Notes: generated by a model not told the origin, from the sequence alone. Positions 18,150 through 29,340 are shown, counted from the stretch's first letter. The stretch is 37,897 nt of DNA from Promethearchaeota archaeon (GCA_016930515.1 JAFGGO010000166.1:1-37897); one strand, 5' to 3'. Translations and numbers: made by a program.

Positions 18150-18151
18150 TT

Positions 18152-19030
18152 TTATTGCACCTCGTGGGAAATATAATTTACTTTCCCATTATTTGAAATG
18201 TTAACAGAAGCCCTTCGAGCTGCCCAACATTGCACGGCTAATCCAACTGGAAACGAAGCAGGGTGCCTCATCGCTATATCCATGTGAACATCTAACGCTG
18301 TAGTATCTCCACCAAGACCCATGGGGCCTATACCCAAGCTATTTATAGCCTCGAGTAATTCAATTTCCAATGAAGCGATGTCTTTATTTTGGTGTCTTTG
18401 ACCAAGAGGTCTTAAGAGCTGTTCTTTAGCCAATTTTAAACAAATATCGGCACCACCCCCGATGCCGATCCCAACAATTATAGGTGGACATGGCATTCCT
18501 CCCTTTTCGACAATGGAATCTAACACGAACTTTTTCATATCTCTCAATCCTTGACTTGGAGAGAGCATTCCTAACTTGCAGGCGTTTTCCGAGCCTCCAC
18601 CTTTGGGTAGCACGGTTAATTCCAAATTAGACCCTTTTACAACTTTCCAATTAATCCAAGGAATATAGGCACCTATGTTGTCTCCTGAATTCTCCCGAGA
18701 GAGTGGATCAACAGCATTAGGTCTCAGGGGTATTTTTTCAGTGCTTTTTCTAACAGCACTCACAATTATTTGTTCTAATTCGTCAATAAGTGGGAATTTT
18801 GTTCCAACCGTGAGAAAAAAAATGAGAATCCCCGTATCCTGGCAAATTGGGGCAGAATTCATTCTTGCTAATCTTATATTTTCGAGAATCGTTTCTAACT
18901 GGCTTTTTGCAATTGGATTCGTCTCTTTCAGTAAAGCGCTCTCTAATCCCTCTATGACATCATGTGGTAACTCCGTTGTTGCTAACTGTAAGATATTTTC
19001 AATAATTTCTTCCAAATGAGTGGCACGCAC
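18152..19030 (-). CDS. Class I fumarate/tartrate hydratase alpha subunit (TtdA family)
   Basis: PICQDTG, PKGGGSEN, PCPP, GIGPMGLGG, CWAARR motifs. Confidence 0.9.
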   Translation of the reverse strand: MRATHLEEIIENILQLATTELPHDVIEGLESALLKETNPIAKSQLETILENIRLARMNSAPICQDTGILIFFLTVGTKFPLIDELEQIIVSAVRKSTEKIPLRPNAVDPLSRENSGDNIGAYIPWINWKVVKGSNLELTVLPKGGGSENACKLGMLSPSQGLRDMKKFVLDSIVEKGGMPCPPIIVGIGIGGGADICLKLAKEQLLRPLGQRHQNKDIASLEIELLEAINSLGIGPMGLGGDTTALDVHMDIAMRHPASFPVGLAVQCWAARRASVNISNNGKVNYISHEVQ

Positions 19031-19061
19031 GGGATTTCCCTCTAAAAATTTCCTATATTTT

Positions 19062-20171
19062 TCAAGATTCGAAGGAAAACTTGTATTGATTTAAATTTAG
19101 CTCCTGTTTCATAACGAGGATGTCTTGTTGTAGATTCTTGTTTATGGGTATGCCGATCTTTTTTCGTTCTATTTCTGCTATATATTCTTTTTCTCCAGCA
19201 GTATATATCTTTTCGGCTCTAGGCTCTTTCTTGGCGCTTCTCAAGTCCCTCATTATATTCCCGGCTGTTTTCTTAAAACTTTCTATCGGTAAAAATCCTT
19301 CAATGTTTATGGCCAAAAAGAAGTGTCCCACTTTCAACCTTTTCTGACCTTCCTCGACGATACCAATGGTGTCTCTCAAGTAAATACCGTCCTGCAGCGC
19401 AGCAGATAATAATTCTACCAAAGTAGCGTACCCATACCCCTTGTATCCCGAAGTGTCTTCACCACGTCCACCAAGTGGTAATAAGGCAGCTTTCTTTTTT
19501 CCCATATCTTCTAAAACCTTGTTGGGATCGGTTTCTGTCGTTCCATCGTCAGTTATGATTACTCCTTCAGGAAGAAGTTTATTGATTCGACTATATACCT
19601 CCACTTTACCTCTCTGAATTATAGAAGTCGCACAATCAAGTAAGAATGGGAATTCTTCATCTGTAGGAGCTCCAAATGTTAATGGATTGGTCCCTAACAT
19701 TGGTTCGACTCCAAAAGTCGGAGGAATGGAGGGACGAGCGTTCGTAACAACCAAACCTATCATGCCCTCCTTAATGGCCATGAGCGAGTAATATCCAGCA
19801 ATTCCAAAATGCGTGGAATTTCTGACAGCAACAGCACCCAATCCATATTTCTTAGCTTTATCTATGGCCATGCTCATCGCTTTATGAGCGATCACATGCC
19901 CCATACCGTTTCCACCGTCGAGAAGTGCTGTAGTTAGCCCATTATTCACTATCGTTATATTTGTTTCGACTTCATAAATTCCTTCCTTAATTCGGTCGTA
20001 ATACATCTTACATCTTTGAATACCGTGGGACTCTATACCGCGGATATCAGAGGTAATTAAAACCTCTGCGATAATCTTGGCGTCGCTTTCGGGAACGCCA
20101 CTACCAATGAAAACGTCTTTCATGAATTGTTCGAGGGTTCCCGCATCAATGTAAGCAATTTCGTCATTCAT
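19062..20171 (-). CDS. Ldh2/Mdh2 family oxidoreductase (probable malate dehydrogenase)
   Basis: RGIESHG, NSTHFGIAGYY, GTNP and GYKGYG motifs. First gene of an operon with the fumarase subunits. Confidence 0.88.
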   Translation of the reverse strand: MNDEIAYIDAGTLEQFMKDVFIGSGVPESDAKIIAEVLITSDIRGIESHGIQRCKMYYDRIKEGIYEVETNITIVNNGLTTALLDGGNGMGHVIAHKAMSMAIDKAKKYGLGAVAVRNSTHFGIAGYYSLMAIKEGMIGLVVTNARPSIPPTFGVEPMLGTNPLTFGAPTDEEFPFLLDCATSIIQRGKVEVYSRINKLLPEGVIITDDGTTETDPNKVLEDMGKKKAALLPLGGRGEDTSGYKGYGYATLVELLSAALQDGIYLRDTIGIVEEGQKRLKVGHFFLAINIEGFLPIESFKKTAGNIMRDLRSAKKEPRAEKIYTAGEKEYIAEIERKKIGIPINKNLQQDILVMKQELNLNQYKFSFES

Positions 20172-20388
20172 TGTTATTAATTCATGTTGTTCTTTCTTTG
20201 CTAGAAAACTATTATTTATTCGATATAAGGTTTCGGCATTGAAAATCTCATGAAGATTTTAAAAAAAATTTTTAAAAATATAACTTTAAAAAAAATTTCA
20301 ATTTTAGTCCAAAGGCGTTTATAAAGCATCTTAATTGAAGTTAATTTAAGAGATTTGAAATAATTAAATACAAAAAATTGGAGAAAAT

Positions 20389-23300
20389 TTGATGAAAAAT
20401 CTTCAAAGAATAAAGAAAAACAAATTTTTTAAATTAATACTTATTATTGTTGTTTTAAATTTTGCTCTTTTCTCTTTAATTTTGCCGCATAACGATTCAT
20501 TCAGCAATACGGTAATTATTCTGCAAAGCAATCCACCATATTCTCCGCAGAGTGCTTGTTATCATAAAATCCTCGATCCCTTCGAAATTGACGAGATGGG
20601 ACCAAACGATTGGAAATGGGCAAAGGATAGTGGATTCTGCTATGGTCAAGGAACCTTTGATTGTCCATATGTTATCGAGTGGGCAATTATAGACGCAAAT
20701 CAATCTGGTTCTTGTATCACGATAAAAAACTCGATTGCTCATTTTAAAATTCGAAATTGTAATTTTTCTGGCGTTAGAGAAAGATACTATCCATACGATT
20801 CTCGACGTTCCGCTTCAGCCATTGAACTGCAAAATGTTTCAAGCGGAAATATTGAATGCAATAATTTCAATAGCGATCCAACTTTAGAGTGGTGGCAAAA
20901 TGGTGTTGGAATTTCCATGAGTCAAGCTTGCGAAAATAATCGAATTTCTAAAAATAACATAATTGCTTATTATGACGGTATAGAAATTAAAAATTGCTCG
21001 GGAAATATAATCTGCTACAATAAAATAAGCTCTAATTGGAGAAATGGAATTTACATGTATGACTGCGATAACAACTTTTTAAAAAATAATGATATCTTGG
21101 TCACGGATATGTATAGAGATTATTTCGGTCATGGAATATATTTAGAAAATAGTGAAAATAATGCAATAATTGAAAACAATATAAATGAAAACGATGGATA
21201 CGGTTTGTTTCTTGAAAATAATTGTAATAATAATGTTATAAGTGAAAATCGTGTCAATAGCAATGTATTCGGAGGATTAAAGTTGAATTCAAATTGTCAT
21301 AAAAATATCATTTCGAACAACGAGTTTAACAATAATCATGGTGTGGGAATAACTTGTTTATATAGATGCACTTCCAATAAAATAATTGGAAACGAGGTAA
21401 GTAACAATCGTGAAGGATTTTATATGCGCGATAAAAGCAACAAAAACCTATTATCACATAATAACATTACGAATAACGAATACAGGGGGATTTACTGGTA
21501 TGATTCTGATAATATCAAATTATCTTCTAATTACATGATCAATAACGGCGAATACGCACTATATCTATTAGGCTGTGTTAACGCAACCGTGTCAGGAAAT
21601 GTGGCAAATAATAATGACAAACGTGGGATATATTTATGGAACTGCGATAATGTAAATGTATCGGGAAACACGGCGAGCAATAATGGCATGCACGGAATTT
21701 ATTTACTTGGCTGCGACAACTCAACCGTATCGGGAAATATGGCAAGCAATGATGCCCAATACGGAATAATGATATCAATGTGTTATAATGGCTTATTATA
21801 TGATAACAAAATGTTTGAATGTGGTTTGTGCGTTGGAGGAAGTATCGAGGTTTATTCTTCTTATAAAATAAACACTTCAAATAAAGTAAACGAGAAACCG
21901 ATTTATTATTATGTGAACAAGACCGGATTGAAATCCAATGATTTTTACAATGCGGGACAAATCATCTTGATTGAATGCAACGATAGTCAGATATCTCAAA
22001 TAAACGCATCTAATACATCTATAGGCATTACATTATGGGGTTGTTCTAATATTAAAATATTGGAGTGTATTTTAAATAAGAATCGATTTTATGGAATTAA
22101 AGTGCTTGATTCTTCTAGCAATATGATAATTGGAAATATAATGGAAGACAATCGTGAAGATGGAATTCAATTGCAAAATTCTCCTGGAAATATATTGAGA
22201 AATAATAAAATATGGAATGGTGGTTTAGAAATTTATCAATGGGAGCCGCTGGATAATTTACGATCGAATATAATTGATGTTTCCAATCAAGTAAACGAAA
22301 AACCATTATATTACTATGTTGATAAAATAAATTTGGAGCCCACTGCTTTTCAGAACGCTGGACAGATATTCTTGATTAATTGCAATAAATGTGAAGTGTC
22401 TGGAATAAATACATTTAATACATCAACAGGTATCTTTATGTCCGCTAGTTCCAATAATAATATTCACGACAATGCTTTAAATTATCATCGAATCTCTGGA
22501 TTAATCTTATACAATAGTTCAAATAATAATATTTCACACAATATTATCACAAATAATACGAAAACGGGAATAAATATGATATCTTATTCAAGCAATAATC
22601 TTGTGTTTAATAACATGATAAGTAATAATGGCGATAGAGGGGTTTATATTTATTATGAATGCTTGAATAATGTTATTCTCAGGAATTATATCATGCATAA
22701 TCAAAACGAGGGCATTTATTTGAGCAGTTGTAAAAGCAATTCGCTTTTACAAAATAAAATTGCGTATAACAAAAGGGATGGAATCCAAATTTCAGCAAAC
22801 GCCAATAATTTTTTAGAAAATAATGTTAGCTTTAACGGTAATAACGGAATGAATTTTGAATATGGTGAAAATAACAAATTCATTAGAAACACTGTAAATG
22901 ACAATATTTTGAGCGGAATTAGTTTATATTATAGCAATAATAATTATGTATCAGAAAACAAGATAAGCAACAATTCAAACGGGATCCAAATTTATTATCA
23001 ATCTGCTAATAATATTATTTCAAAAAACGATGTTTACTCAAATAAACATAGTGGAATTTACCTCTCGAACAATGCATGTAATACGACCGTTATTGGAAAT
23101 ACTATAAGATTTAATTCGCATTCTGGTATATATCTTACAAATGTGATTGATAGCGTTTTTTTAAAAAATACCGTTAATAACAATTCTGGATATGGATTCT
23201 ATGTAAATTGGTTTTCTATGAAGAATAATTTCTCTGATAACGAGGTAAAATATAATAATTTTGATGGAATCCTAATAGGCGATCAAAATAGTAATAATAA

Positions 23301-24132
23301 TACTTATTTAAGAAATATTATCATGGGTAATATGAGAAATGGAATATACATTAATGGTTATGCTTATTACAATCAAATTGAACAAAATATGATCTGTGAA
23401 AATCAAGAAAATGGCATTTTTATCTATAATGGAAGGGAAAATTCCATTTTAAGTAACACAATAAAAAAAAACAAGAATCATGGAATAATTATAATCGGTA
23501 ATAGCTACAAAAATGTTATGTTCCTCAATATATTCGTTGAAAACAGAGTTAATGCGGTCGATAACGGATCTTTCGATCAATGGAATGATGAACCCTTAGT
23601 AAATTTTTGGGATAATGGGAGTATGGGAAACTTTTGGGACGATTATGAAGGTATCGATAACAACGGAGATGGAATTGGAGACACGCCTTATCAAATCAAG
23701 GGGTCTGTAGGATCTCGAGACATGTGCCCATTAATGGATGAAAAATCAGAAATGGTCGTGGACTTTATCGTAAACGCAACCGATGTCTTTTCAGGTCAAT
23801 GGATACAATTTTCTTTTACAGGCTTTATAGTCGGTTCCAATATATCCTTTAATTGGGAATTCGGAGATGGAACCATTTCAAATGAAAAAAATCCAACACA
23901 TCAATTTATGACTCCAGGAAATTTTGTTGTGAAATTAAGTATAATTGACGCTTGGAATAAAGTATATTCCAAAGAGTCCATCGTTGTTGTCATTGAATTG
24001 TCCAGGTCTGATAGTTATAATAATGATACATTTAAAACAACCACTCCAAATGGTCTCATTGCCTTAATTGTGAGTTTGCTGGCAATGGTGGGCATTATTT
24101 CTACGGTTCAGATCGTAAATAAAAGAAAATAA
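20389..24132 (+). CDS. Large surface protein: NosD-like parallel beta-helix repeats + PKD domain + C-terminal TM anchor
   Basis: Dozens of GIxL...NxI..N repeats. Duplicated VNEKPxYYYV...NAGQIxLI block. GNFWDDYxGxDxNGDGIGDTPY motif, WEFGDG PKD motif, TM + NKRK. Confidence 0.88.
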   Translation: MMKNLQRIKKNKFFKLILIIVVLNFALFSLILPHNDSFSNTVIILQSNPPYSPQSACYHKILDPFEIDEMGPNDWKWAKDSGFCYGQGTFDCPYVIEWAIIDANQSGSCITIKNSIAHFKIRNCNFSGVRERYYPYDSRRSASAIELQNVSSGNIECNNFNSDPTLEWWQNGVGISMSQACENNRISKNNIIAYYDGIEIKNCSGNIICYNKISSNWRNGIYMYDCDNNFLKNNDILVTDMYRDYFGHGIYLENSENNAIIENNINENDGYGLFLENNCNNNVISENRVNSNVFGGLKLNSNCHKNIISNNEFNNNHGVGITCLYRCTSNKIIGNEVSNNREGFYMRDKSNKNLLSHNNITNNEYRGIYWYDSDNIKLSSNYMINNGEYALYLLGCVNATVSGNVANNNDKRGIYLWNCDNVNVSGNTASNNGMHGIYLLGCDNSTVSGNMASNDAQYGIMISMCYNGLLYDNKMFECGLCVGGSIEVYSSYKINTSNKVNEKPIYYYVNKTGLKSNDFYNAGQIILIECNDSQISQINASNTSIGITLWGCSNIKILECILNKNRFYGIKVLDSSSNMIIGNIMEDNREDGIQLQNSPGNILRNNKIWNGGLEIYQWEPLDNLRSNIIDVSNQVNEKPLYYYVDKINLEPTAFQNAGQIFLINCNKCEVSGINTFNTSTGIFMSASSNNNIHDNALNYHRISGLILYNSSNNNISHNIITNNTKTGINMISYSSNNLVFNNMISNNGDRGVYIYYECLNNVILRNYIMHNQNEGIYLSSCKSNSLLQNKIAYNKRDGIQISANANNFLENNVSFNGNNGMNFEYGENNKFIRNTVNDNILSGISLYYSNNNYVSENKISNNSNGIQIYYQSANNIISKNDVYSNKHSGIYLSNNACNTTVIGNTIRFNSHSGIYLTNVIDSVFLKNTVNNNSGYGFYVNWFSMKNNFSDNEVKYNNFDGILIGDQNSNNNTYLRNIIMGNMRNGIYINGYAYYNQIEQNMICENQENGIFIYNGRENSILSNTIKKNKNHGIIIIGNSYKNVMFLNIFVENRVNAVDNGSFDQWNDEPLVNFWDNGSMGNFWDDYEGIDNNGDGIGDTPYQIKGSVGSRDMCPLMDEKSEMVVDFIVNATDVFSGQWIQFSFTGFIVGSNISFNWEFGDGTISNEKNPTHQFMTPGNFVVKLSIIDAWNKVYSKESIVVVIELSRSDSYNNDTFKTTTPNGLIALIVSLLAMVGIISTVQIVNKRK

Positions 24133-24331
24133 ATATTCTCCTTTACATTCTACCATTATTTTTTTAATACTGCACTTTTTCACCATATCACTTTATAAAG
24201 AAAAAGTTAATAAAGTAAAGTAAGAATTCAATTCAATTATCAAGATTAATTCAAAATTCTCTATGATTAGTTTAAATAAAGCTGATAATTGAGTTAATTA
24301 TACAATCTACTAAAAGAAGTGAATTTTTCAA

Positions 24332-26545
24332 ATGAAAAACAGTCTAGGCACAAGCAACAGAGTACTAGAGATCAAAATAGCTTTTAGATCTCTTTTAAAA
24401 AGACCTATTAGGAGCATATTTACAATCTTATCGGTTGTTCTTGGAGTTAGCATTTTTTTCGCCGTTAACATTGCAATGGACTCAATTGAACAATCAATTA
24501 TCGTCCATTTAGATGAAGAACTATTTGGTTATGTGAATCAATGGATTTATTTGTTGAAGGGCGTTTTTACGATGCTATCAACAATGTCGTTATTTATTTG
24601 CGTGATTATCATAAAAAATTTGATGGAGATGACGAAAGAAGACCAATTATACGAGTTAGGCTTACTAAGAACGGTTGGATGCTCGAAGCGCGGGATTTTT
24701 ATGGTTTTTTTCTATCAAGTAATGATTATTTCCGTTGTAGGCATGATTTTAGGGCTCTTAACTGGTTACCTGATGTCTTTCTTATTGCTCGATCCATTTA
24801 AAGAAATGCTTAGCTCCTTTGCCTCCATTACAACGGAATACGAAATTCAGTTACATATTAGCGTACAGACCGTAATTATAGGAACTCTAGCGGGTCTCCT
24901 TGTCCCTCTCATATTTGGTACGATACCTGCTATTGCGGCAGGAAGGTCTCAAATAATAGCCACCCTCAATTCCAAAGTTAACGATAAAAGCAAGATATCA
25001 AAGTCGCTCAAATTTATAGCTTTTCAAGTCATCCTTTCTTTAATTTTAATAGGATTGGGGATCTACTTGATACTCTTTAGTTTTAATAGTTTATTATCGT
25101 TTCAAATTAATCCCACCAACGAAGCCAATATTGCTGTGATATTTATCCTGATATCCTCTTTGATTTTCATTTTAGGATGCACTACATTGGGAGCATTGAT
25201 TCTTCCATATTTAACACTAGCGCTTTCTTACATTTTTAAACCTTTAATCGGAAAGATGAGAGTTATCAGCTATAGAAATCTAATTAGAAATTCGCGAAGG
25301 ACAAAGAATACATTCTTGATGATTACCATCAGCATTTCGTTTCTTATAGCCGTAAATATTGCAATTCATTCCATCAAAGCGGGAATCGTCCCAGGTGCTC
25401 GCATGCGGTTTGGTGGCGATATTATTCTTTCAAATGGAAATTGGACTCACCACCAATCGACCATTCCAATCGATACAGCCGAGTTAATAGCTGAAATTGA
25501 TGATGTGGAAGAGGTTTGTGCGTATAAAAACTCTCTTTCTTGGAATGGTTTTACAATGTGTGATGGATTTGGAATCAATTACCAAAAAGAACGTTTTGGA
25601 TTGTTAGTCATCAACACGAGTAGTTACACAAAGATGCATTCGTCTTCGATATATTCATATCAGGATTCGAAAAACTTTTTTGATTTCATCCATCAACTAG
25701 ATGATATTGGATCGGTGATTTTACAAGATGGGCTTTTAGAAACTATCGGAAAAAAGAAGGGAGATCTAATAAACGTGACTACAGCATATACAAACGATAT
25801 TTTTCCTACAATTAGCTCAAACTTGGAAGTCGTTGGAGTGTTTAATATCCTCCCTGCTGTATGGAGCAGTTGGTATCAATACGAGATCGAACATTATACT
25901 GCGATAATTTCTTGGAAAACATATTTCGCTCTGACGGGATCAAATTACAGCACATCAACCGGTAATTTTTGGGTACAATGCGACGATCCTTATAATGCAG
26001 ATATAGTTAAAAACGACATCAAGAATTTATATCAAGCATTAGGTCCCCCATGGAATAGCCCTTACATCGATTTTAGAAACCCTTGGATAGTAACGACCAT
26101 ATCGGAAGACATCTCGATAACTCGTGAAATCGTAAATGTTGTACTCATTATAATCATATCCATCTTATTGATGGCGTTAGTGGTTTCAATGTTAGGGTTT
26201 CTCATATCAATGGAGATGAGCGTAAATAAGAGAAGATCAGAATTAGGGATATTAAGATCCATTGGTTTTTCTAAAAAGCAAATAATTCGAATGATATTTG
26301 GTGAAACGGCTATAATTACTATAGCGTCTCTCATTGCAGGTATTTTAATTGGTTTGATAACGGGTTTCCTTATTTCAAGGGTTCCGTTCTTGGCATATTT
26401 ACCCTTGATTTTTACGATAAATTGGATTGATATCGCATTATTAACAATTATTACCGCTTTTTTAGGAATTGTGGCTTCTATTATTCCAGCCTTCAAGACA
26501 ACAAAATTAAATGTAATGGAATCAATTAATAAAAGGAGGGTATAA
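24332..26545 (+). CDS. ABC exporter permease (FtsX/MacB-like, duplicated)
   Basis: ELGLLRTVG and ELGILRSIG, RNLIRNSRRT, IIPA motifs. Confidence 0.88.
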   Translation: MKNSLGTSNRVLEIKIAFRSLLKRPIRSIFTILSVVLGVSIFFAVNIAMDSIEQSIIVHLDEELFGYVNQWIYLLKGVFTMLSTMSLFICVIIIKNLMEMTKEDQLYELGLLRTVGCSKRGIFMVFFYQVMIISVVGMILGLLTGYLMSFLLLDPFKEMLSSFASITTEYEIQLHISVQTVIIGTLAGLLVPLIFGTIPAIAAGRSQIIATLNSKVNDKSKISKSLKFIAFQVILSLILIGLGIYLILFSFNSLLSFQINPTNEANIAVIFILISSLIFILGCTTLGALILPYLTLALSYIFKPLIGKMRVISYRNLIRNSRRTKNTFLMITISISFLIAVNIAIHSIKAGIVPGARMRFGGDIILSNGNWTHHQSTIPIDTAELIAEIDDVEEVCAYKNSLSWNGFTMCDGFGINYQKERFGLLVINTSSYTKMHSSSIYSYQDSKNFFDFIHQLDDIGSVILQDGLLETIGKKKGDLINVTTAYTNDIFPTISSNLEVVGVFNILPAVWSSWYQYEIEHYTAIISWKTYFALTGSNYSTSTGNFWVQCDDPYNADIVKNDIKNLYQALGPPWNSPYIDFRNPWIVTTISEDISITREIVNVVLIIIISILLMALVVSMLGFLISMEMSVNKRRSELGILRSIGFSKKQIIRMIFGETAIITIASLIAGILIGLITGFLISRVPFLAYLPLIFTINWIDIALLTIITAFLGIVASIIPAFKTTKLNVMESINKRRV

Positions 26546-26552
26546 GAAAAAA

Positions 26553-27245
26553 ATGAAAGAACTAACTATTAAAAAGAACGAAATTCTTGTTTTAAAAGAC
26601 ATTTACAAGACATACAATCTTGGAAAAACTAATGTAAACGCCTTGAACGGAATTTCATTATCGATAAAGAAAGGCGAGTTCGTATCAATCATGGGTCCAT
26701 CTGGATCGGGGAAAACCACGTTATTAAATATAATGGGATCGCTGGATCACCCCACGAATGGCAAGGTTTATGTCAACGGTAAAGATACATCAAAGATGGA
26801 CGACTCCGAATTGACACGGTTAAGGCGACATGAAATTGGATTCATATTTCAATTTTTTAACCTCATTCCTGTTCTTACAAGCTATGAAAACATTGAACTT
26901 CCCTTAATAGTTATAGGAATGGAAAAAGATCAGAGAAAGAAACGAGTATTAGAATTATTAGAAAGAATGGAAATAGAACATCGAGCAGGGCATAAACCTG
27001 ACGAACTTTCTGGAGGAGAAAGACAAAGAGTCGCCATAGCTCGAGCTCTTGCAAATCGCCCAAGTATTATTTTAGCCGATGAAATTACTGGAGATCTTGA
27101 CTCTAAAACGGGAGAAAAAATCATCGATTTGATTATCGAATTAAATCGTTCTGAAAATCAATCTTTCGTCATAATTACGCACGATCTTAAAGTTGCTGAA
27201 AGCACTTCGCTCATATATAATATTGAAGATGGAAAATTAATTTAA
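26553..27245 (+). CDS. ABC ATP-binding protein (LolD/MacB-type)
   Basis: [31 protein letters not shown] motifs. Confidence 0.95.
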   Translation: MKELTIKKNEILVLKDIYKTYNLGKTNVNALNGISLSIKKGEFVSIMGPSGSGKTTLLNIMGSLDHPTNGKVYVNGKDTSKMDDSELTRLRRHEIGFIFQFFNLIPVLTSYENIELPLIVIGMEKDQRKKRVLELLERMEIEHRAGHKPDELSGGERQRVAIARALANRPSIILADEITGDLDSKTGEKIIDLIIELNRSENQSFVIITHDLKVAESTSLIYNIEDGKLI

Positions 27246-27250
27246 AAATA

Positions 27251-27277
27251 AATCTTTCTTTCTTTTTTTTTCTTTTA
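27251..27277 (+). terminator. T-rich archaeal terminator-like tract
   Basis: Oligo-T/pyrimidine run immediately after the ABC ATPase stop. Confidence 0.5.
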
Positions 27278-27338
27278 TTAATAATACATATTTAAACAAT
27301 TATATACTACTTATTTTCTCAAAAATGAAAATAATAAT

Positions 27339-27641
27339 TTTGATCTTACAGAGGATAAAATAGATAATTTATTTGAAACTCTTCCTGATGTAATCTGCTA
27401 TTTGGAGTCTCTCAGAGAGTTGAGATGTTCCGACAATAAAATCAAGTCGTTACCTGGCTTCTTTTCTAAATTAAGCAAACTAAATTATTTTATAGCGAAC
27501 AATAATTGCTTGACCGAATTTCCCGATGTCTTGCTGGATTTACCAATATTACGGTCGTTGGAACTTTCAGGCAATCAAATCAAAAAATTTCCAAAGCGAG
27601 TAGGCAAGGGCAAGCATGTTGGCAAGGGAATTTACGAATGA
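27339..27641 (+). pseudogene. 5'-truncated leucine-rich repeat gene fragment
   Basis: FETLPDVICYLESLRELRCSDNKIKSLP... LRRs begin upstream of TTG 27402 with no in-frame start. Confidence 0.7.
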
Positions 27642-27721
27642 ATGTTATTGGTTTTTATTGAAAATTATTTAGTTTTTATTTTCTTATGATTGAAATATGG
27701 TTTAAAGACCTGATGATGAAT

Positions 27722-28126
27722 TTATTTTGTATTTATCAACAGGATTGATATGACAAACAAGCAGATTGAAACGATAAGGGCAATGGTAGGCGTCTCGCTT
27801 AAAAGAAAAAAAGCAAGAACCGTCGCAAAAATCGGCTTCAGGAACGCAAGCGACATTCCCCTCGACACCTCGACGTGTTTTAATACTAAAAAGAGCAAGA
27901 AAAGCCCGAATCCCGTCGATATAACCCCTAAAAATAAAACTAAGGGCCATTCATTGAAGTCCATTACGAAGATTTCGGCTCGCTCGGGCGTGAACAGCAG
28001 GATCACGAACACGGGAAGGGCGGCGAAAAAGCTCGACACCCCGGTAAACTTCAAGGCCACGTTCGTCGTTCCGCTCTCGTTGAGCTGGACGCTCTTTCCG
28101 AGTACCGAGTAAAAACCACATGTTAT
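27722..28126 (-). pseudogene. EamA/DMT transporter C-terminal fragment (paralogue of 12473-13414)
   Basis: GFYSVLGK...EVSRGMSLAFLKPIFATVLAFFLLSETPT is near-identical in protein to the C-half of the intact copy. N-half is missing here. Confidence 0.85.
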
Positions 28127-28329
28127 CAAGCAGACGAGGATAAAGGTGGTTGACAATGTGGATTAGATTATTCACTTTAGGAATAAACATCTTAAATTGA
28201 GGATGTAAAACTCTATCTAAATATTAGGGAAGTTCTCGTGATTTTAAAAAATTATTGCGCAATCAGCGAAATTAAAGATGGTAGATTAACCGATTGGTTT
28301 AAATGCGTTGGTTTTTATACATTTAGTAG

Positions 28330-28533
28330 GTGATTTACATTTCAAAAATAGATCAAATCGTGAAGGAATTGACAAAATTTCCGGATAATGTTTTGGACGA
28401 AATTTTTGATTACATTCTATTTTTAAAGGGAAAACTAGTCCGTGGTAGCCTGGAAATGGCAATATTGAGCGAATCGAGCTTGGAAAAAGATTGGACCCGC
28501 CCTGAAGAGGACGAAGCATGGCACGATTTATAA
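28330..28533 (+). CDS. Antitoxin (DUF2281-like)
   Basis: PDNVLDEIFDYILFLK...SESSLEKDWTRPEEDEAWHDL. Overlaps the toxin start. Exact start uncertain. Confidence 0.75.
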   Translation: MIYISKIDQIVKELTKFPDNVLDEIFDYILFLKGKLVRGSLEMAILSESSLEKDWTRPEEDEAWHDL

Positions 28534-28850
28534 AGGGCGACGTGGTCGTCGTAACCTTTCCTTTTTCCGATCTTTCCAACGCGAAGCGTCGACCTGCGCT
28601 TGTGATTGCGAATTTGATTGGAAACGACCTCATTTTATGCCAAATTACAAGTAAGGATGTCAGCGATACATACGCTATTGCTTTAAATGAAACCGATTTT
28701 AAGACTGGTTCCTTGAATAAACCGAGTAACATTAGGCCGAATAGGATTTTTACGGCAGATAGTCGAATTATTCTCTATCAAGTAGGTAAGGTACTGGATG
28801 CTAAAATAAAGGAGGTAACTGGAAAGATAATTCAAATCGTACAAGCTTGA
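28518..28850 (+). CDS. PemK/MazF family endoribonuclease toxin
   Basis: KGDVVVVTFPFSDLSNAKRRPALVI...LCQITS...SNIRPNRIFT. Confidence 0.9.
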   Translation: MARFIKGDVVVVTFPFSDLSNAKRRPALVIANLIGNDLILCQITSKDVSDTYAIALNETDFKTGSLNKPSNIRPNRIFTADSRIILYQVGKVLDAKIKEVTGKIIQIVQA

Positions 28851-28969
28851 AATAAATCCTCTTTTTTAACGATGTATCAAATTATTCCATGCTCATCCAA
28901 AAACAAAACCCTAAAGCGTAATGAATCTTGTTTTAAGTTTTTAATGTAGATCTGAGAGTATCTAGCAAA

Positions 28970-29101
28970 TTAACGCGTGATGGAAGAAATAAAAGCAACT
29001 ACCACGTCGTTAGGTCTTTCAAGAAGGACCAAGGCGGGTCTCCTCTTGGTACTCGTCAGGTTCGTGAATGGAAACGGTAATAGTACGATTGTGCCCTTCA
29101 T
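28970..29101 (-). pseudogene. Truncated PemK/MazF toxin (43 aa)
   Basis: MKGTIVLLPFPFTNLTSTKRRPALVLLERPNDVVVAFISSITR*. ATGA overlap with the upstream antitoxin. Not in the ORF track. Confidence 0.85.
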
Positions 29102-29340
29102 TTGTATCTCTTTATCAAGTCTAAGTCCGTGTATAAATCGGGCTCGTTTTCAAGAAAGCTCTTTAAAGAGCGTTCGGAAAGCTCGTGCAACTCTTCCTTG
29201 CTAATAGGCCCTTCGTCCGATTCTAATCCCTTCACGAATTTTTTAATAGCGGCCCTTGCAATGGACGGCCAGTTAACTTCGGGATGTTCTTCCATCTTCC
29301 TTGCCAACTCTTCTGGAAGATCAATTTTTAGTTCCGTCAT
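29098..29340 (-). CDS. Ribbon-helix-helix-type antitoxin
   Basis: MTELKIDLPEELARKMEEHPEVNWPSIARAAI...SERSLKSFLENEPDLYT. Translationally coupled to the MazF remnant. Confidence 0.75.
   Translation of the reverse strand: MTELKIDLPEELARKMEEHPEVNWPSIARAAIKKFVKGLESDEGPISKEELHELSERSLKSFLENEPDLYTDLDLIKRYK

Noticed and set aside
21545-21770. 66-bp tandem repeats
   Set aside because: Coding beta-helix repeats within the NosD-like gene, not an independent element.
1796-27124. Other short ORF-track entries nested in or antisense to long genes
   Set aside because: They overlap well-supported CDSs and have no motifs or RBS.
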